A stretch of 64,000 nucleotides of DNA, from contig OZ024742.1 in the NCBI GenBank assembly GCA_964016885.1, forward strand, positions 118,978,001-119,042,000. The letters run 5' to 3'. The DNA comes from Eledone cirrhosa. Taxonomy: Eukaryota. The notes under the pieces were generated by a model. That model ran no database searches and had not been told where the DNA came from. It saw only the letters and a list, made by a program, of their open reading frames with translations. A program made the translations under genes and the position numbers. The first letter of the stretch is position 1. The number at the start of each line of letters is the position of its first letter. Of the stretch, positions 25,830-39,812 are shown in pieces.

Positions 25830-27461
25830 CTGTGAAAATAAAATATAAAACTACTCAACGAGATGTGAACACTATACTCCAGAGCAACTATGCCTCCCCT
25901 AGTCTTGATGGTGTTACATACCTGCTTCTCAAACGTGGCGAGTACTTCCTTTTGCACCAGCTTTCTTTCTTCTTTCAATACTGTCTCAACAATGGTGCTA
26001 CTCCGGAGCAGTGGAAAACTGCCAGTATCATTCCCCTGTTCAAAAAGGGCGACCGCACGTCACCTGTCAACTATCGTCCAGTCAGTCTTACTAGCTGCAT
26101 TGCAAAACTGATGGAATCCTGTGTCAGAGAAACACTTTGGATTTATCCCTAACTCCAGCTGCTGTGATCAGCTGTGATCAGCTTATCGAGTTCCTTGAAG
26201 ACATTAGCCGGATCACTGACAGCGGCTCATGGGTGGATGTTTACCTTGACTTCGTTAAGGCTTTTAATTGTGCCACACAAAAGACTTATGGCAAAATTCT
26301 CTGCAATGGGTGTGAGGGATGATCTTTTTAACTGGTTGAAATCCTTCATTCTCAGCCGAAAAGAGGTAGTCACGGTTCTAGGACAGCATTCTTCACCGTA
26401 TGAGTTGTCATCTAGTGTACCACAGGAATCTGTTCTTGGTCCCCTTTTGTTTGTGGCATATATTAATGACATAGATGCCAACTTAAAGAATGCCACGGTA
26501 CTGAAATATGCAGATGACATCAAGCTGTACCTTGAAATCAAAAGGACTGATCCTGAAATCTACAACTCTTTCCTACAATCAGACTTGGACACAATGCAGC
26601 AATGGATCACAAACTGGCAACTGAAGCTGGCTGTGGGCAAGTGTACCACCATGCATTTTGGGAGGAAAAATCCAGTGTCCACATACTCTCTCCACAACAC
26701 TGATATCAAGAAGTCCTCTTGTGAACGTGACCTGGGTATTACTGTCAGCAGCAATTTGCGGTGGACAAAGCATGTCTCTAAGATTGTCAAGAAGGTCGAG
26801 GGTGTCTTGGCATCACTCAGCAAGACCTTTGTTAGCCACTCTCGAGCCATCTATTTAAAGCTGTATACAGCTATGGTATGACTACACTTGGAATTCGCAT
26901 CATCAGTCTGGAACCCCTATCTTGCTCAGAACATTGACCTCCTGGAAACTGTTCAGAGACGTGCAAACAAGCGCATACCCTCCATCAGACACCTACCATA
27001 CTCTGAACGCCTTGCTTCCCTGGGCATGGATTCATTGAAGCTCCGACGTCTGGAAATGGACTTGGTAAACACCCACGAAGTTATTAACCATCTCGCCAAA
27101 AACCCTGAGCACGTTTTTAATCTCCATGTGTCTAACACATGTGGACATGCCTACAAAATCAGAAAACAGCACAGCTCCCATGACTTTCGGAAACATTTTT
27201 TCGTGCTCAGAGTTGCTGAAGCATGGAACAAACTGCTTGCGTCAGTTGTTAGCTGCCGAGACACTGCATCCTTTAAAACCCTCATGCTTCCCGAAATTCG
27301 TCAAAACTACACCTGATGTACCCCTTCCATACACATGCACACAAGCACTGTTCATTTTCCTGACGTTTGTACATTACCCTATGTACTATACATACACGTT
27401 TTTGATGAGTTGTAGTGCACCTGAGCACTGTACACAATATTTTCATTATTATTTATTATTA
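25830..27461 (+). mobile_element. 5'-truncated CR1-type LINE of the same family, frameshifted
   Basis: IIPLFKKGD..NYRPVSLTS, YADD and RVAEAWNKL; nucleotide sequence closely matches the reverse complement of 20559-22155; (ATT)n tail. Confidence 0.93.
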
Positions 27462-27928
27462 TCAACCCGTTGGAGCTGAAATCTATGGATGCTTCTTTAC
27501 TAAAGAGGACAGAATTCTTTTTATAAGATATAAACAGAATGAAGGATGTGGGATACTTGAAATTTTTTTTTTTTAAATATTTAAATCTCAGTAATCAAAG
27601 AAAAGTATATATGTTTGTGTTAAGATCAGCTCCTTTTATTTTTTTAGCACAAAAATGGCACACACCTAGTTGTCATATTTAGTGAAAACTATCACATTGT
27701 TTCAGTAATATATATGCTTATTTCATATGAAGTTTGAGTTTTAAGCACTTCATTGGTCAGCTCAAAATCATGTAAAAACTCTAACTTAACTAAATATTAG
27801 AAAATGTTTAAACTAACTTTGCTATGCAATTGTTTCAGAATTTAATGCACACAACACAGAGGGGTTGTTGAAATTAAATATTTATTCAAGAATATTTTTT
27901 CAAAATTAAGAAAATTGTTACAACTTAC

Positions 27929-28054
27929 TGCTATCGCTTTATCCACTTCCTCGTTTTTCTTTAAAATATCAGCAAACTTTTTCCAATAACCATAACAATA
28001 TGGATAGTGATCAAAGAAAGCATCAAATGCTTCTTGTGCATCTTCAACATTATT
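27929..28054 (-). CDS. PRPF39: PRPF39 exon (NNVEDAQEAFDAFFDHYPYCYGYWKKFADILKKNEEVDKAIA)
   Basis: tcacag| and |GTAAGT, 126 nt, phase 0/0; diagnostic YPYCYGYWKK motif. Not in the ORF track; translated by hand. Confidence 0.95.
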
Positions 28055-30495
28055 CTGTGATAAAATAATATATTTATTTTAGTTTCAATAATTACTGAAA
28101 TATAAAAATCTTTTATTTAACAGCATGTACAATTAAATGTATTAGTGTTATCACAACAAAAAGCATCCAATTCACCTTGTAAGGCAATAGTGCTGGTAAC
28201 ACGAAAAAAGCACCGTCTATCCTGTAAGGTTGTAGTGCTGGTACTACGAAAAAAGCACCTAGTCCTCCCTATAAAGTGGTAGTACTGGTGCTACGAAAAA
28301 AGCACCCAGTGTTCCCTGTAAGGTGACAGTGCTGGTGCCACGAGAGAAGCACTCTATCTACCCTGTAAGGTGGTAGTGCTGGTACCATGAAAAAAGCAAC
28401 CAGTCCACCCTGTGAGGTGGTAGCGAAACAAGCTCGCAGCCCATGCTGTAAAGTAGTTGGTGTTAGGAAGGGCATCCAACTTCAGAAACCTTGCAAGATC
28501 TGGTCACTTGACCTATCTAGTTGCATAACATGACAGCCTGTCTGATTCATGCAAGTATGAGAAACAGCTGTTAAATGGGGATGGTAATGATGATCAAAAA
28601 TGACAACAGCTTGATTAGTTTATAACAATGCTTCTTTTTGCTGTAATATGTGATTTAACATACCACTCCAAACTATTTCTATTTTAATCCTGTCACAATC
28701 ACTATTTCTGTTTGCTACTCTGGTAAAATATGACAGATAGATACACCCTGCCACTCATTTTCTTATTTGTCTTTTGACAGTTCCTACTTTCACACTATCT
28801 CCTTAGTGTGAAAATAAACAAAAATACAAAGCTCATTATTAAATATATAAATTATTATTCTATAAAATGATAGACAGAATCCATTCGGTAGAAACTACAG
28901 CAAATTTCACATTTTATGAATGATCCATTCTTGAGTAATCTATGTATCAATAATTTACATTTTAGAGTAATAATGGAAAGTGGCAATTTATTTTCTTTCT
29001 TGCTATGCCTAAGGAGGAAAACTCTAACTGTAAGAGAGGAGGTAGATCAAAATGATGTCATAATAAATGAGATTGATAAAGTATTTGAAAAATAATTAAA
29101 CAAAACTGTTACATTCCTTTATATTTTATGCACAACACAGTATATATTAAAAAAATCTAAGATAAATTTTATGTAGATATAACTAGTTTATAAACCTTGC
29201 TGTGAACATTTAAAAATCTTTGTAGACAGGAAAGCATTGCTTTTACATGTTTTGTGGCTGATTGGCTGTTCATCAGAAGGCAAGTATTATCTTTCTGGCC
29301 ACAAAGAGAGCTATAATCAAATGAGCTACTTATCATCATTTGTTGGCAGGAGTTTTGTGGGTTGTTACAGTTAAGGTAAGTTCTTATTCAGAATTACAGC
29401 CCTGCCTGGATAAGCCAATGACTACTTTATGTTTGTATGTTCCAGATATTCCAAACACAACTAGGGTTTAAGTAAAATGGCCAGTCTACTTTGCATAATG
29501 AGCATTTGTCTGCAAGGTAATTAAAAAACATTAATGCACAACACAACATATATTGGAAAATGTCATTAGCATATCGGATAGAATGCTTTGCAGTAATCAT
29601 TCCAGCTCTCTGTGCTGAGTTTAAATCCTACCATCCATTCTTTTGGGATCAATAAAAAAATTATTAGCAGAGTCCTGGGAGTTGATACTGCCTCTATATT
29701 TTTTTCTCACTGCCTCTCGCTCAACTTCTCTGGAAGAAATCGGTTGTGTTCTGACCTTAAGAGGTTTGAAGTGGCCAAGACACAACAGCATCCCTATGAC
29801 TCCATCAGAGGTTACAGGCCTATACATGTTAACAATAAAATTAATACTGTAATAACAGTGATAATGAAGAAGAACATTTTTTTAAAGAAAAATATTAAAA
29901 AAATTTCTAACCTATTTATATTTTCACTAAATAAATTAAATACTCAAATCATTATATAAAAAAGGAAAGAAAAGTGTTATGATTCACAACTAAATGTGGC
30001 TAAAATGATTCATAACACTCTAACACTGTGAATATAAAATTGAAGAAAGTAATTTGAGTAAGAAAAATTGAGAAATGACATGTAGATTTGCTTATATTCC
30101 ATTCACCAAAAAGAAAAAAAGAAAAGGTGAGAGGAAAATGCTTGCATTTGCTCTTCATAAGTTCCTATATATATATATGGAGGAGGTTATAGTTCACTTG
30201 AAGCATTGTGTAATGAGGTATAAATGTTTGAATATGTATAATAAAGCCACCTCTTTGACATTAGAGATAGAACAGATACTCTATACCATTTCCTGTCAGC
30301 ATGACTTGGCAAGCTACTTAGAACGCTGGTTTGAGACCTTTATTTCCCTCTGAAGAAGAGATATTATATCGAAAATTAAGGACATTTAAATAAATCTAAG
30401 GTAAAAGACTAATTGTCAACAATATCTTTTGCATTTGCATTCTTTATTCTATGTCCATACCTGCATTGTTTTGGCTTTATTATACATATTCAAAC

Positions 30496-30533
<38 letters not shown>

Positions 30534-32144
30534 CATCTTATTTAATTCAATGAAAATATTTTTGGCATTCCAAGGGAGAGACAGATATTACAGGCTGTAA
30601 TGTACATTAATAAAGAAGAATATGTTGTTTTTAGTTTAATATTGAAATAGCAACAAAATCTAAATATAATCAATGTCACAAAACAATAATAGTTATTTGA
30701 AAGATGTTCCTTTTCAGGAAAACATTTTTTTTATACACTATTGTTTTTAATATCATGTGATATTTTATATCACTATAAAAATGCTGCAACAATCATTTGT
30801 GAATAATTGAGCAGTTTCTATTATAAGAAATAAACTGGGAAAGGCATGTACTCATATGAACTTACAATAGTAATGATTATCATTGAAAGAGAGCAATTTA
30901 ACCATTCTTGATACAAAACCACTCCTGGCTTTATGATACAATACTGTTGTAAAGTGTTTATATTTATTTTAAAAACTCTTATCATAATTTTATGTAAGAA
31001 ACTTTAAGTTGTGTTCCAAACACTAGCTTATGATAAGAAAGTTATACTAAATCCCTTCAGATATTTTATTATTTACAAAACTATTTGGAAATCAGGCAGT
31101 TTCTTTTGTTAGATTAATGGTCATGAAGGGGTTAAGAATGTAGTTGCTGACAGCCTCCTAGAATACTGGCAAATTTTCACCAATGTGTGGCCAGTTTTTA
31201 ACTTGTATCAATGCCCACGGCATTGTCAGCAAAAGCCTGTTGAATTTCGCAAATTTTTTAGCTTGAGTATCTCAAAACTTTTGGTAAACTTTGATGCAAA
31301 TTTTTTCATATTCCATCATCGCATGTGAAATGAAAATGTGACACATGTTGCACAGCACTAAATACACATGCTGCTTGACAGTGACTGACATATCCAAAAA
31401 GCTTGTCAAACGACACACATGCATATGAATGTATGCAGCTCCACTCTGCACATTTTTGTCTCCAAACAGCATTACTTCCCACGGGAAAAAATAAAGTTGG
31501 TTACTTTTTTGACAGACTTCATATACTCTTTTTGTCGATCTGTCAAAAACAATCTGAATTATTTTTTAAATAAAATTCCTGCTACATACGACAAAAAGGA
31601 TACCAGAAATCAACATTCTCTCTCTCAACTGTGTTGTCTATCTCTTTATGTATGCATACATGTTTGTGTGTGTGTGTATAGCTTTGAAGAAAGCAGATAT
31701 TACTTATACCATCTGTAAAACAATGGGTTAGGTACTAGTATTTCATAAACTATGCAAGCTATACGAAAAGTAAACAAATTGTTCATTTTGATTATAAAAA
31801 TAGATTTTATAAATTATTCTTTGATTTTTTTAATGAAAATTTCATAATTTTACAGAATAAGGCATTCTATTTCATTCTTCCTTTAAATATATCAAATCCA
31901 ACCTACACTAAACTTTTAACCCTGTTGATACCAACTCACTTGAAATCGTGCTGGGGTTTTGATACATAACTATTCATTTTAAGGAGTTTATGTTTATAAC
32001 AAAACCTTCTAACATAATTTTATTTTAGATTTTTTTTTGTTAAATAATGTTCTAAATATCAGTTTAGTAATGAAAAAGTTATTTCATTAAATTTCTCCAA
32101 ATGTCTAATTTTCAAAAAAGAATCAAAGAAAAAAAATACCTTAC

Positions 32145-32254
32145 CTCTTGCTCAACATACTGAAGAAGGTAAGTCCAACCAGTAAAGTCAGCTGGATTAT
32201 CTTTCACAGCTTTCCAATATTTTTCAAGTTCTGTTTCCTTTTTGTCATCTTTTT
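32145..32254 (-). CDS. PRPF39: PRPF39 exon ([36 protein letters not shown])
   Basis: ctcaag| acceptor and GAG|GTAAGG donor. The peptide matches the PRPF39 N-terminal HAT motif [16 protein letters not shown]. Confidence 0.92.
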
Positions 32255-32687
32255 CTTGAGAGAAATAAACTTTTATTAGTACAGTACAAGTTAACCAAAA
32301 AAATGCATTAATTTCCAAAAACAAATAACAATATACATATAATTTAAATACTGCACAAATCTAAACTTTGAAAGTTGTTTAAAGCTAAATGAAGATTTTA
32401 ATGCTTCATGCGAATTAAGTAACCAAAAAAAAAATAAATAAATAAAGCGCTCTTTCCGAAGGATTTACCTCGTCGATTATAAATTATTTTCATTTGCAAA
32501 AAGAGTAAAAGTGTTTCTTAATACAAAAGATAAACGGGACTAATACCTTTAAACAATTGATTGAAATCCGTGATAAAACAGGGATGGAGAGTTCATAGCA
32601 ATACATCTTGAAATAAGAAAACAAAAATATCTCTTGATCTCTCTATACATACATTAGGATTAGAGTTCCCTAGCTCGGGTGTATGTG

Positions 32688-32691
<4 letters not shown>

Positions 32692-32764
<73 letters not shown>
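32692..32764. repeat. (TA)n/(TG)n microsatellite
   Basis: Directly visible. Other long tracts: (TA)n at 62244-62312, 30498-30531 and 16019-16052; (CT)n at 56128-56220; (CTTTTT)n at 36950-37018. Confidence 0.95.
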
Positions 32765-32766
<2 letters not shown>

Positions 32767-33124
32767 ACATATATATACACGCTGTAAAGTAGTTGATGAT
32801 AGGAAGGGCATTCAGCCATAGAAAGCTTCCCAGTCAAAGGGTTAGGAGAACCCTTCAGTTGTGTCAAGGACATGATAGCCTCCCTAATGTTTGGTGATAT
32901 GCGCAATAAATGCACCCAGTACACACTTTACAGCATGTACTAGGTGCGTTTATCATGTAAATCACCAACACTGTGGAAGTTGTCATGTCTCTGACACAAT
33001 TCGAGGGTCCTCCCAACCCTTTGCGTGTAGAGTTTATTATGGCTAGATGCCCTTCCTATCACCAACCATGTTACAGCATGTACTGGGTGCGTTTATCATG
33101 TAGATCACCAACACTAGGAAGGCC

Positions 33125-33600
33125 ATCATGCGCATCACATGGCCATACCAACATAGTTTCTCTTGTACACTACAACCAATTCCTCTGTAGCCAAGTTTTT
33201 CCTTCAGTTTGCGTATGCTATGTTGCTCATGCACACTAATATTACACATCCATTGTAGCATACTAGACTAATTTCTTTCTAGCTTCCACTGGTCTTCTGC
33301 AGTCGACGTCCATGTTTCACTGCCATATAAAATTGCGGTTCGCACACAAGCATCATACAGCGTACCTTCACTCTAAGAGAAAAGCATTATGTTAGCAGTG
33401 GTAATAGATCTCTAAACTTCTTCCAGTCTGTTCTTATCCCCCTAGGTATCACACTTTCAGTGACCCCAACTATCGCCGAGATAGCAAAAGCAATCCACAA
33501 CTTCTAGAAAACTCCCTTGGTTGCTGAGGGGATCTATTTCAAGTGTTCCTTGTGCTTACTTCCCCAGTACATCTGCCACCATTATCCTACCTGCACCTCC
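33125..33600 (-). mobile_element. RTE LINE fragment
   Basis: MLQWMCNISVHEQHSIRKLKEKLG..LCWYGHVMRM closely matches ORF 12327-12599. Confidence 0.82.
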
Positions 33601-33756
33601 CTTCCATATATATATATATATATCTAGGGCGGGTAAAATTCCCGAGATCCATGAACGAGTTCTCTCCAGCTGTCTCTGCCCCTCATCATCGCCGTCATGT
33701 TTTGCGTCTCCAAGAGACCAGTGTCTGTCCTTAGGGCATAAATATTTGTCATCCTC

Positions 33757-33945
33757 AGGGCGGTGGATTGGCAGTATCGGTAGAGGGTCGGATGCCATGC
33801 TTTGACGTATAGAGTTACGGCCCTTGCCATTCTGAGTTCAAATCCCGCCGAGGATAACTTTGCCTTTCATCCTTACGGGGTCGATAAAATAAAGTACCAG
33901 TAATGTACTGGGTAATTTGCTGGCCTTGTGCCTAAAGTAGAAACA
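33757..33945 (+). mobile_element. Young tRNA-derived SINE with 19-bp TSD
   Basis: A box tggcagtatcggt, B box gagttcaaatcc, conserved body gcctttcatcc..ggggtcgataaaat..gtaccag; TSD ataaatatttgtcatcctc at 33738-33756 and 33946-33964. Confidence 0.9.
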
Positions 33946-36167
33946 ATAAATATTTGTCATCCTCGGTCTCCCTCTTCTAGTGTGTCCTAGGGGGCTCACA
34001 CAGGACCACTAAATGAATTGTCAACTCTGAATGTCGTTGAGCATGTCCAGCTAACCTGTCTCCTCTGTGTCACTTTCGAGCTGAATTTTGGGAGGCCCCC
34101 GTGTACACACATATGAGCCGAGTATACGAAAAGAATCCGGTGAATGGAATGATATATTTTTATTTTCTTATTTCGAAATCTATTGACAATGATGACAATA
34201 AACAAAACTAATATTTTAAAATATTTGTCCAAATCCATCAAAGAGCAAGGCATAAGGGCACATAAGCTCTATTAAATAAGAATCTACTGGCTACAATAAG
34301 TACCTATGTCTAGTTTATTTCTTCCGCATCGATTCAACATTGTAGTTGCATGTGTAATTGGATCAACGAAAATATACTGATCGATTGACTGTCAGATGTA
34401 CCGGTACTCCAAATGTCCATTTTACTACTATTTAATAATTTCATTTTCTGGAAATAAAAAAATAAAAAAATACACTTTCACCTCCCAATTTTGATAAAGT
34501 AAACACTTTTACATTAGTGGATTCCTGGAATTGAAGAAGTGCCCCAAATGAATTAAAAGCTATGGTTATAAAATGTTGGCAGAATGTTCGATAAAAATTA
34601 AACCTTTCGAAGTAAATAAAATTATAATAAGAACATTAATTTCTACTAAGTTTCAAGAATATGGTATTCTTCGAAGACAAAAGGTAGCATTCAGGTCGAT
34701 TTAATATTCCGACAAAGTATGGTAGATGTTAATGGAATTAAAATGAAAAAAGAAGAGAGATGTTGAATGCTTATTTTATTTTGTGCCGATGCAAATCAAC
34801 ATTGTTTTGTATTTATTTTGGGACTCCTGTTTTGTTTGATTATAATTATATTTAACAGAATAATTTCATAACACAGAAACTATTGCATGAAAGAAGAAAA
34901 AGTATGTATAAAGCGAATAAATATGATGTTGATATGTGAATTTTCTTTCCACGCATATTTCAGTAGGCTATCGAAGAAATCTAGGAAAACCATGTTTTGA
35001 GAAAATTTGATTTTATGCTTGGTTAATATTAACAGCCATTCTTGAATTTGAAAGCAGGAACAGTTATAGATCGAGGCAAAACTTATCCTAATTAGTTCCA
35101 ATTTTATATTCTTTCAGTTGTGAATATATTTGAAATGTTTTTCGTTACTTACAACTAACTCGGTTTGTAATGTTTTCAATTTGTGTCTGATTCCAGTGGA
35201 CAATGGGAACGAGGAGAGATATTAGTAAAGCTTATTAATATTTTTAACAATTTAGTAGAAAAAAAATAAAAACAAAAATGCAGGAAGATATTAACGAAGG
35301 CCTTGGACGAATTAATACAAAACATAAGCGATATAACGTGTGCGTGTTAATTCAATAGAAAAGATGCAGGAAGTCATAGAAATAAATTTCTTATTAATTA
35401 GAGACGAAATAAACCATATAATAAAATGGTCCGAATTAAAATAAATGATTACATTTTATGTACTAATTATTTTTACAAGAAAAATATTGCAAAAAGAATT
35501 ATACACCCTAAGAGAGTTAATAGAAATTTGTTATCTTATGAATATTAGAAACACACATTAATTAAAGTGTAGATGGACTCGAATTATGAATATCGTTGTC
35601 AAAAGGTTCATATCTAAAACACGAGAGATGTTTTAGAGATAAAAGAGAATATTCTCGCGCCATCTTGGTTAATAAAAGGAAATTATTTACACAATTTAAC
35701 CCTGTTCAGTTTAATGGTTTCAGTTTTACGTACAAATATTCGATCGCTTTTGCTAATTAGTATTATTAAAACTCATGAGATTAAAAAATACCATTATTTT
35801 TTATATTTCTAATTCTACAGTTAATTAAATTTGAAAACATCTAAAAATCAAGAATTTAAATTTGATTGAGATAATTAAAAATATTGTTTCAATAAATCAA
35901 TCAATGTGGTGACTTTGTTGTGAATTTTATAAAATGAATCCGTTTAGAAATGATTATATCAAATAATATATTTCTAAGGGGAAATTTTTAAAAAGAAGAA
36001 ACATTTCAAAAAATAAACAAACATGTTATGTTCTTGTTAAGAATATAAAATATATGTAAGATTCCGTGAATATTTAACTGAAATCCTAAACACTAAATAT
36101 AATTTGAAAAAAATTATCTTATATCATTTATAAACATATATAAAGTTGTATTCATTAATAAAATTAC

Positions 36168-36222
36168 CAGTATTTTCTGGTTTTTCTGTGTCCGTAAATC
36201 CAGAACGTCTTTCACCCGCCAT
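36168..36222 (-). CDS. PRPF39: PRPF39 putative first coding exon (MAGERRSGFTDTEKPENT+G)
   Basis: ATG in ataATGGCG context, 55 nt, ends ACTG|GTAATT. Its phase-1 end fits the next exon, which needs 1 nt (G+AA=Glu). No recognisable homology in this short exon; assigned by splice logic only. Confidence 0.6.
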
Positions 36223-38002
36223 TATCTGTGACGCAGGGTTACATGGGATACTATTCTCATGTGAACACGATTTACTATTCTTTAATTCTAGATTAATCAA
36301 ATAATATTTTATGAGCAATAGTATGAGAATTGTTAAGAAAAAATATATAATTGTATTGGTTCCTTCTGATTATACACAAATCCAGTTGGTTTTTATAACA
36401 ATACAATCGATTAAATTGATTGCAGTTAATTTACTAACTCAACAGAAGGAAAATCAGTATTTGTAAATAAAAACTAAACTAAATATTGTATTGTTATTGA
36501 ACCGGCACTCTGCTTTTCCTAACCTATCATGAGTGTTTTTCACCACTATATGTAGGCTAACGGTATGGATGTCCACATCAGTGCCATTTCAACTCCAACA
36601 TAACTAAATACTCAACAGCAATTATACATCGCTATGTAACTTAATAATTATAATAATCCGTACACTTATTTGCAACCAGGCTCCATTCATATATACTAAA
36701 CGTGTTACAAAAAGGTTTTCATGATGCGTGGAAATATAGAAATATAGTTAGCACTAACACAACGTGATTCACAATACAGGTGTATGTGGACCTAGATTGT
36801 ATATTGGACTATATACGCTGTAGTTTAAGTTGTGATCATACCACAACTACCTTAAAATAACCAAGACTGTTTTTTATTCATACATATATATGAGTTAATT
36901 ACGCTTTTATTCTGAATCGCGCTGAGTTAGTGCTGTCGCCAGTCAAACTTCTTCTTCTTTTTTCTTTTTCTTTTTCTTTTTCTTTTTCTTTTTCTTTTTC
37001 TTTTTCTTCTTCTTCTTCAATAAACACCCTTGGCAGCATCCGACAACCATACTGAATAGTTACAACTTAACACTATTTGTCTGAACACAAATACTAGGGC
37101 ATTTGTATAGGGACCCCAAGACAACAAGAAGATATCATTTCTTATTAAAGAGTTGTGTGGTTAAGAAGTTTTCTTCACACTCATGTGATTCCAGATTCAA
37201 TCTTACTGTGTGGCACCTTGGCCAAGACTCTTCTTACATATCTCAAATCAATTCAGGCCTTGTGAGTGAAATCCAAATGTACTGTATATGATAAAGATAA
37301 ATCCAAATGTACTGTATTTGTTCTTGGGTGATAACATTTACACTACTCTATATATTGGATGATAACATTTACACTACTCTATATTTACTATTGTATTTTT
37401 GTGGTAAAGGCTTTGCCTCACATAATATCGAAGCTATGAGATTTTGATATTATTTATTTTGAGACAATACCTTAACATTGATATAAGTGTGCAGCTTGTG
37501 AGATTTAATGAAATTCATTCTGTTGCAAGCATCCAAACCAGGTTTTCTGTTTTCCTTCTTTTCTTTGGAAATCCTGCAAAAAAAGCTATGGTTGCTGTTC
37601 TTTCTCTGCTGAACAGGCCATTGAATAGTATAGTAAGGTACATGTATTGTTAGCATCCACACTTCACTGGGGTTTCAAGATTTTGTGACTAACAGTATAC
37701 AGGCAAGTGGCTGTCAGCTAAATCCATTTTAATGGATAAAGATGAAAGGACAGAATGCAGTGATTTTGTTTCTGACACAAAGCTCCTTTAACCCTTTAAA
37801 GGCTTTACCTCATAAATATCTCATATAATATCGAATCTATGAGATTTTGATATTATTTATTTTGAGAACAATACCTTAATATCAGAATGAGTGGCCATTT
37901 ACAGCCAGTTTAAACAGAAAGAGGTGAAGGAATTTTGGCTAGATATGGCCAGTTTAAAGGCTAAAAAATATAGAGAGATGAGTTTGTTATTTCAAATGTT
38001 TA

Positions 38003-38168
38003 TACAGGTAAAATTCCATTATAACAAATTTTTCAGTATAACAAAAATATATTTTAATCCCATGCCACACGCTTAATGTGTTAGGTCGATCTCATTATAA
38101 AGAAGTTTTCGTTACAACGAATATTTTTTTATACTCCATGAATTTCATTATAACGGAATTTCACTGTA
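38003..38168. mobile_element. pogo/Tigger-like MITE
   Basis: tacaggtaaaattccattataac ... ttataacggaatttcactgta imperfect TIRs. Confidence 0.5.
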
Positions 38169-39621
38169 GTGTCTATCTAGTGGAGAGATGGTTGTGAAAC
38201 TTTGCAGACTTTTTAATGTGATACAGTTGTAGTGTTGTTTTGTACTTTGCAAGACTATCTTGCTAATGTAGTTTCATGCAGTAGAGGACATTAAATGTTA
38301 AGTGTCACTTGAACTGACTGGCAGGTGAATGCTGAGAGATTAGATGTACTCTCAAGGAGGTTTTATAAAATATAAGTAAGAGTGATGAAGATCGTTTAAT
38401 AGTTGATATTGTTTGAAAATTTGAATAAGGGGAGCGTATATATATATATGGGACATAGTTTGTCATGTGGCTGTTCCAATATTTTTGAAACATTTATATA
38501 TTAAAAAAACTATTGTAATTATATGTTTATATTTATATGTATGCATGGATATGTGTGCATATATTATACACATCATCATCTTCATTTAATGTCTATTTTC
38601 CACGCTAGCATAGATTAGATGGGTTTGTCCCATTTGAGGCAAGTTGGGTCAAGTGACTGTGTCTCACTCATATAGGACTGTTTCTGGCTGATTTTCTACG
38701 GCTGAATACCCTTCCTAATGCCAACCACATTTACAGTGTGTGCTGGATGCTTTTTGCTGTGTCTCCTACATGACCACTTTACTGTGTGGGCTGGATATAT
38801 GATATCATATGTATATATATGTTTGTATGTATGTGCATCTGTAATGTATTTTCTTCATCAACATTTAACATCCAATTTCCCTCAGACATTAAATGATGAT
38901 GAATAAACATTTATATTTTACCTTTACTCCCCAAAACATCTGGAATCATATTCTAATACTTTCTGTTTGTATTGCCCTTACTGCAAATGAAGAAAATATT
39001 ATTATTCCTAGTAATTTTGTTGCATAGATATGAAAAAAAAACATTTATCATCATCATTTAATGTTTGTCTTCCCTGCTAGCAATAGTTGGACAGGTCTTT
39101 ACTGACCAAGTCGCCATTCATGCAGGGCTACTGATCTTTAAGATGGGCTGGGGGTCTGGATCTTGCTTAAATGTGGTCCCACACTCTACCAACTGCATTT
39201 TATCATGACATCAGCACCAAGGAGGTTGTTATGTCTTTGACACAACCAAAGAGTCCTCCAAACCCATTGGCAGGTTTTCTATGGCTGGATGTTCTTCCTA
39301 TCACAAATCACTTAACAGAATGTATTGAATGCATTTATTATATAAATCATCAACACTAGGAAAGTTGTCATGTCTTTGACACCACTAAACGGTCCTCCCA
39401 ACCCTTTATTTGGAAAGCTTTCTATGGCTGGATGCCCTTCATATCACCAATCCCTTTATAATCAGAAAAGAAAAATTATAAGCAGAATAAAGCTGATGAA
39501 GATAATTAACTTTATACAGAAGTGCAAAGCATCAGCTTAAGAAAATGTGAAGTTATGCCAGAATGTTTTTACTAGGGAAGTTTGCAATATGAGTGAAATG
39601 GCTACAAGCAAGAATTAAAAA

Positions 39622-39812
39622 ATAATTGTTTCTACTTTAGGCACAAGGCCAGCAATTACCCAGTTCATTACTGGTACTTTATTTTATCGACCCCCGTAAG
39701 GATGAAAGGCAAAGTTAACCTCGGCGGGATTTGAAATCAGAATGGCAAGGGCCGTAACTCTATGCGTCAAAGCATGGCGTCCGACCCTCTACCGATACTG
39801 CCAATCCACCGA
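39622..39812 (-). mobile_element. Near-identical copy of the same SINE
   Basis: Reverse complement of 33757-33945 with few differences. Confidence 0.88.

Noticed and set aside
29273-29339. Possible intronic C/D-box snoRNA on the minus strand (ATGATGA ... CTGA, 67 nt)
   Set aside because: No terminal stem and no convincing rRNA-complementary guide; such motifs are frequent by chance.
30345-30385. Second hammerhead-like core (CTGAAGA...gatattatatcGAAA), and a similar one near 12970
   Set aside because: Stems I and III cannot be formed convincingly; at best decayed remnants.
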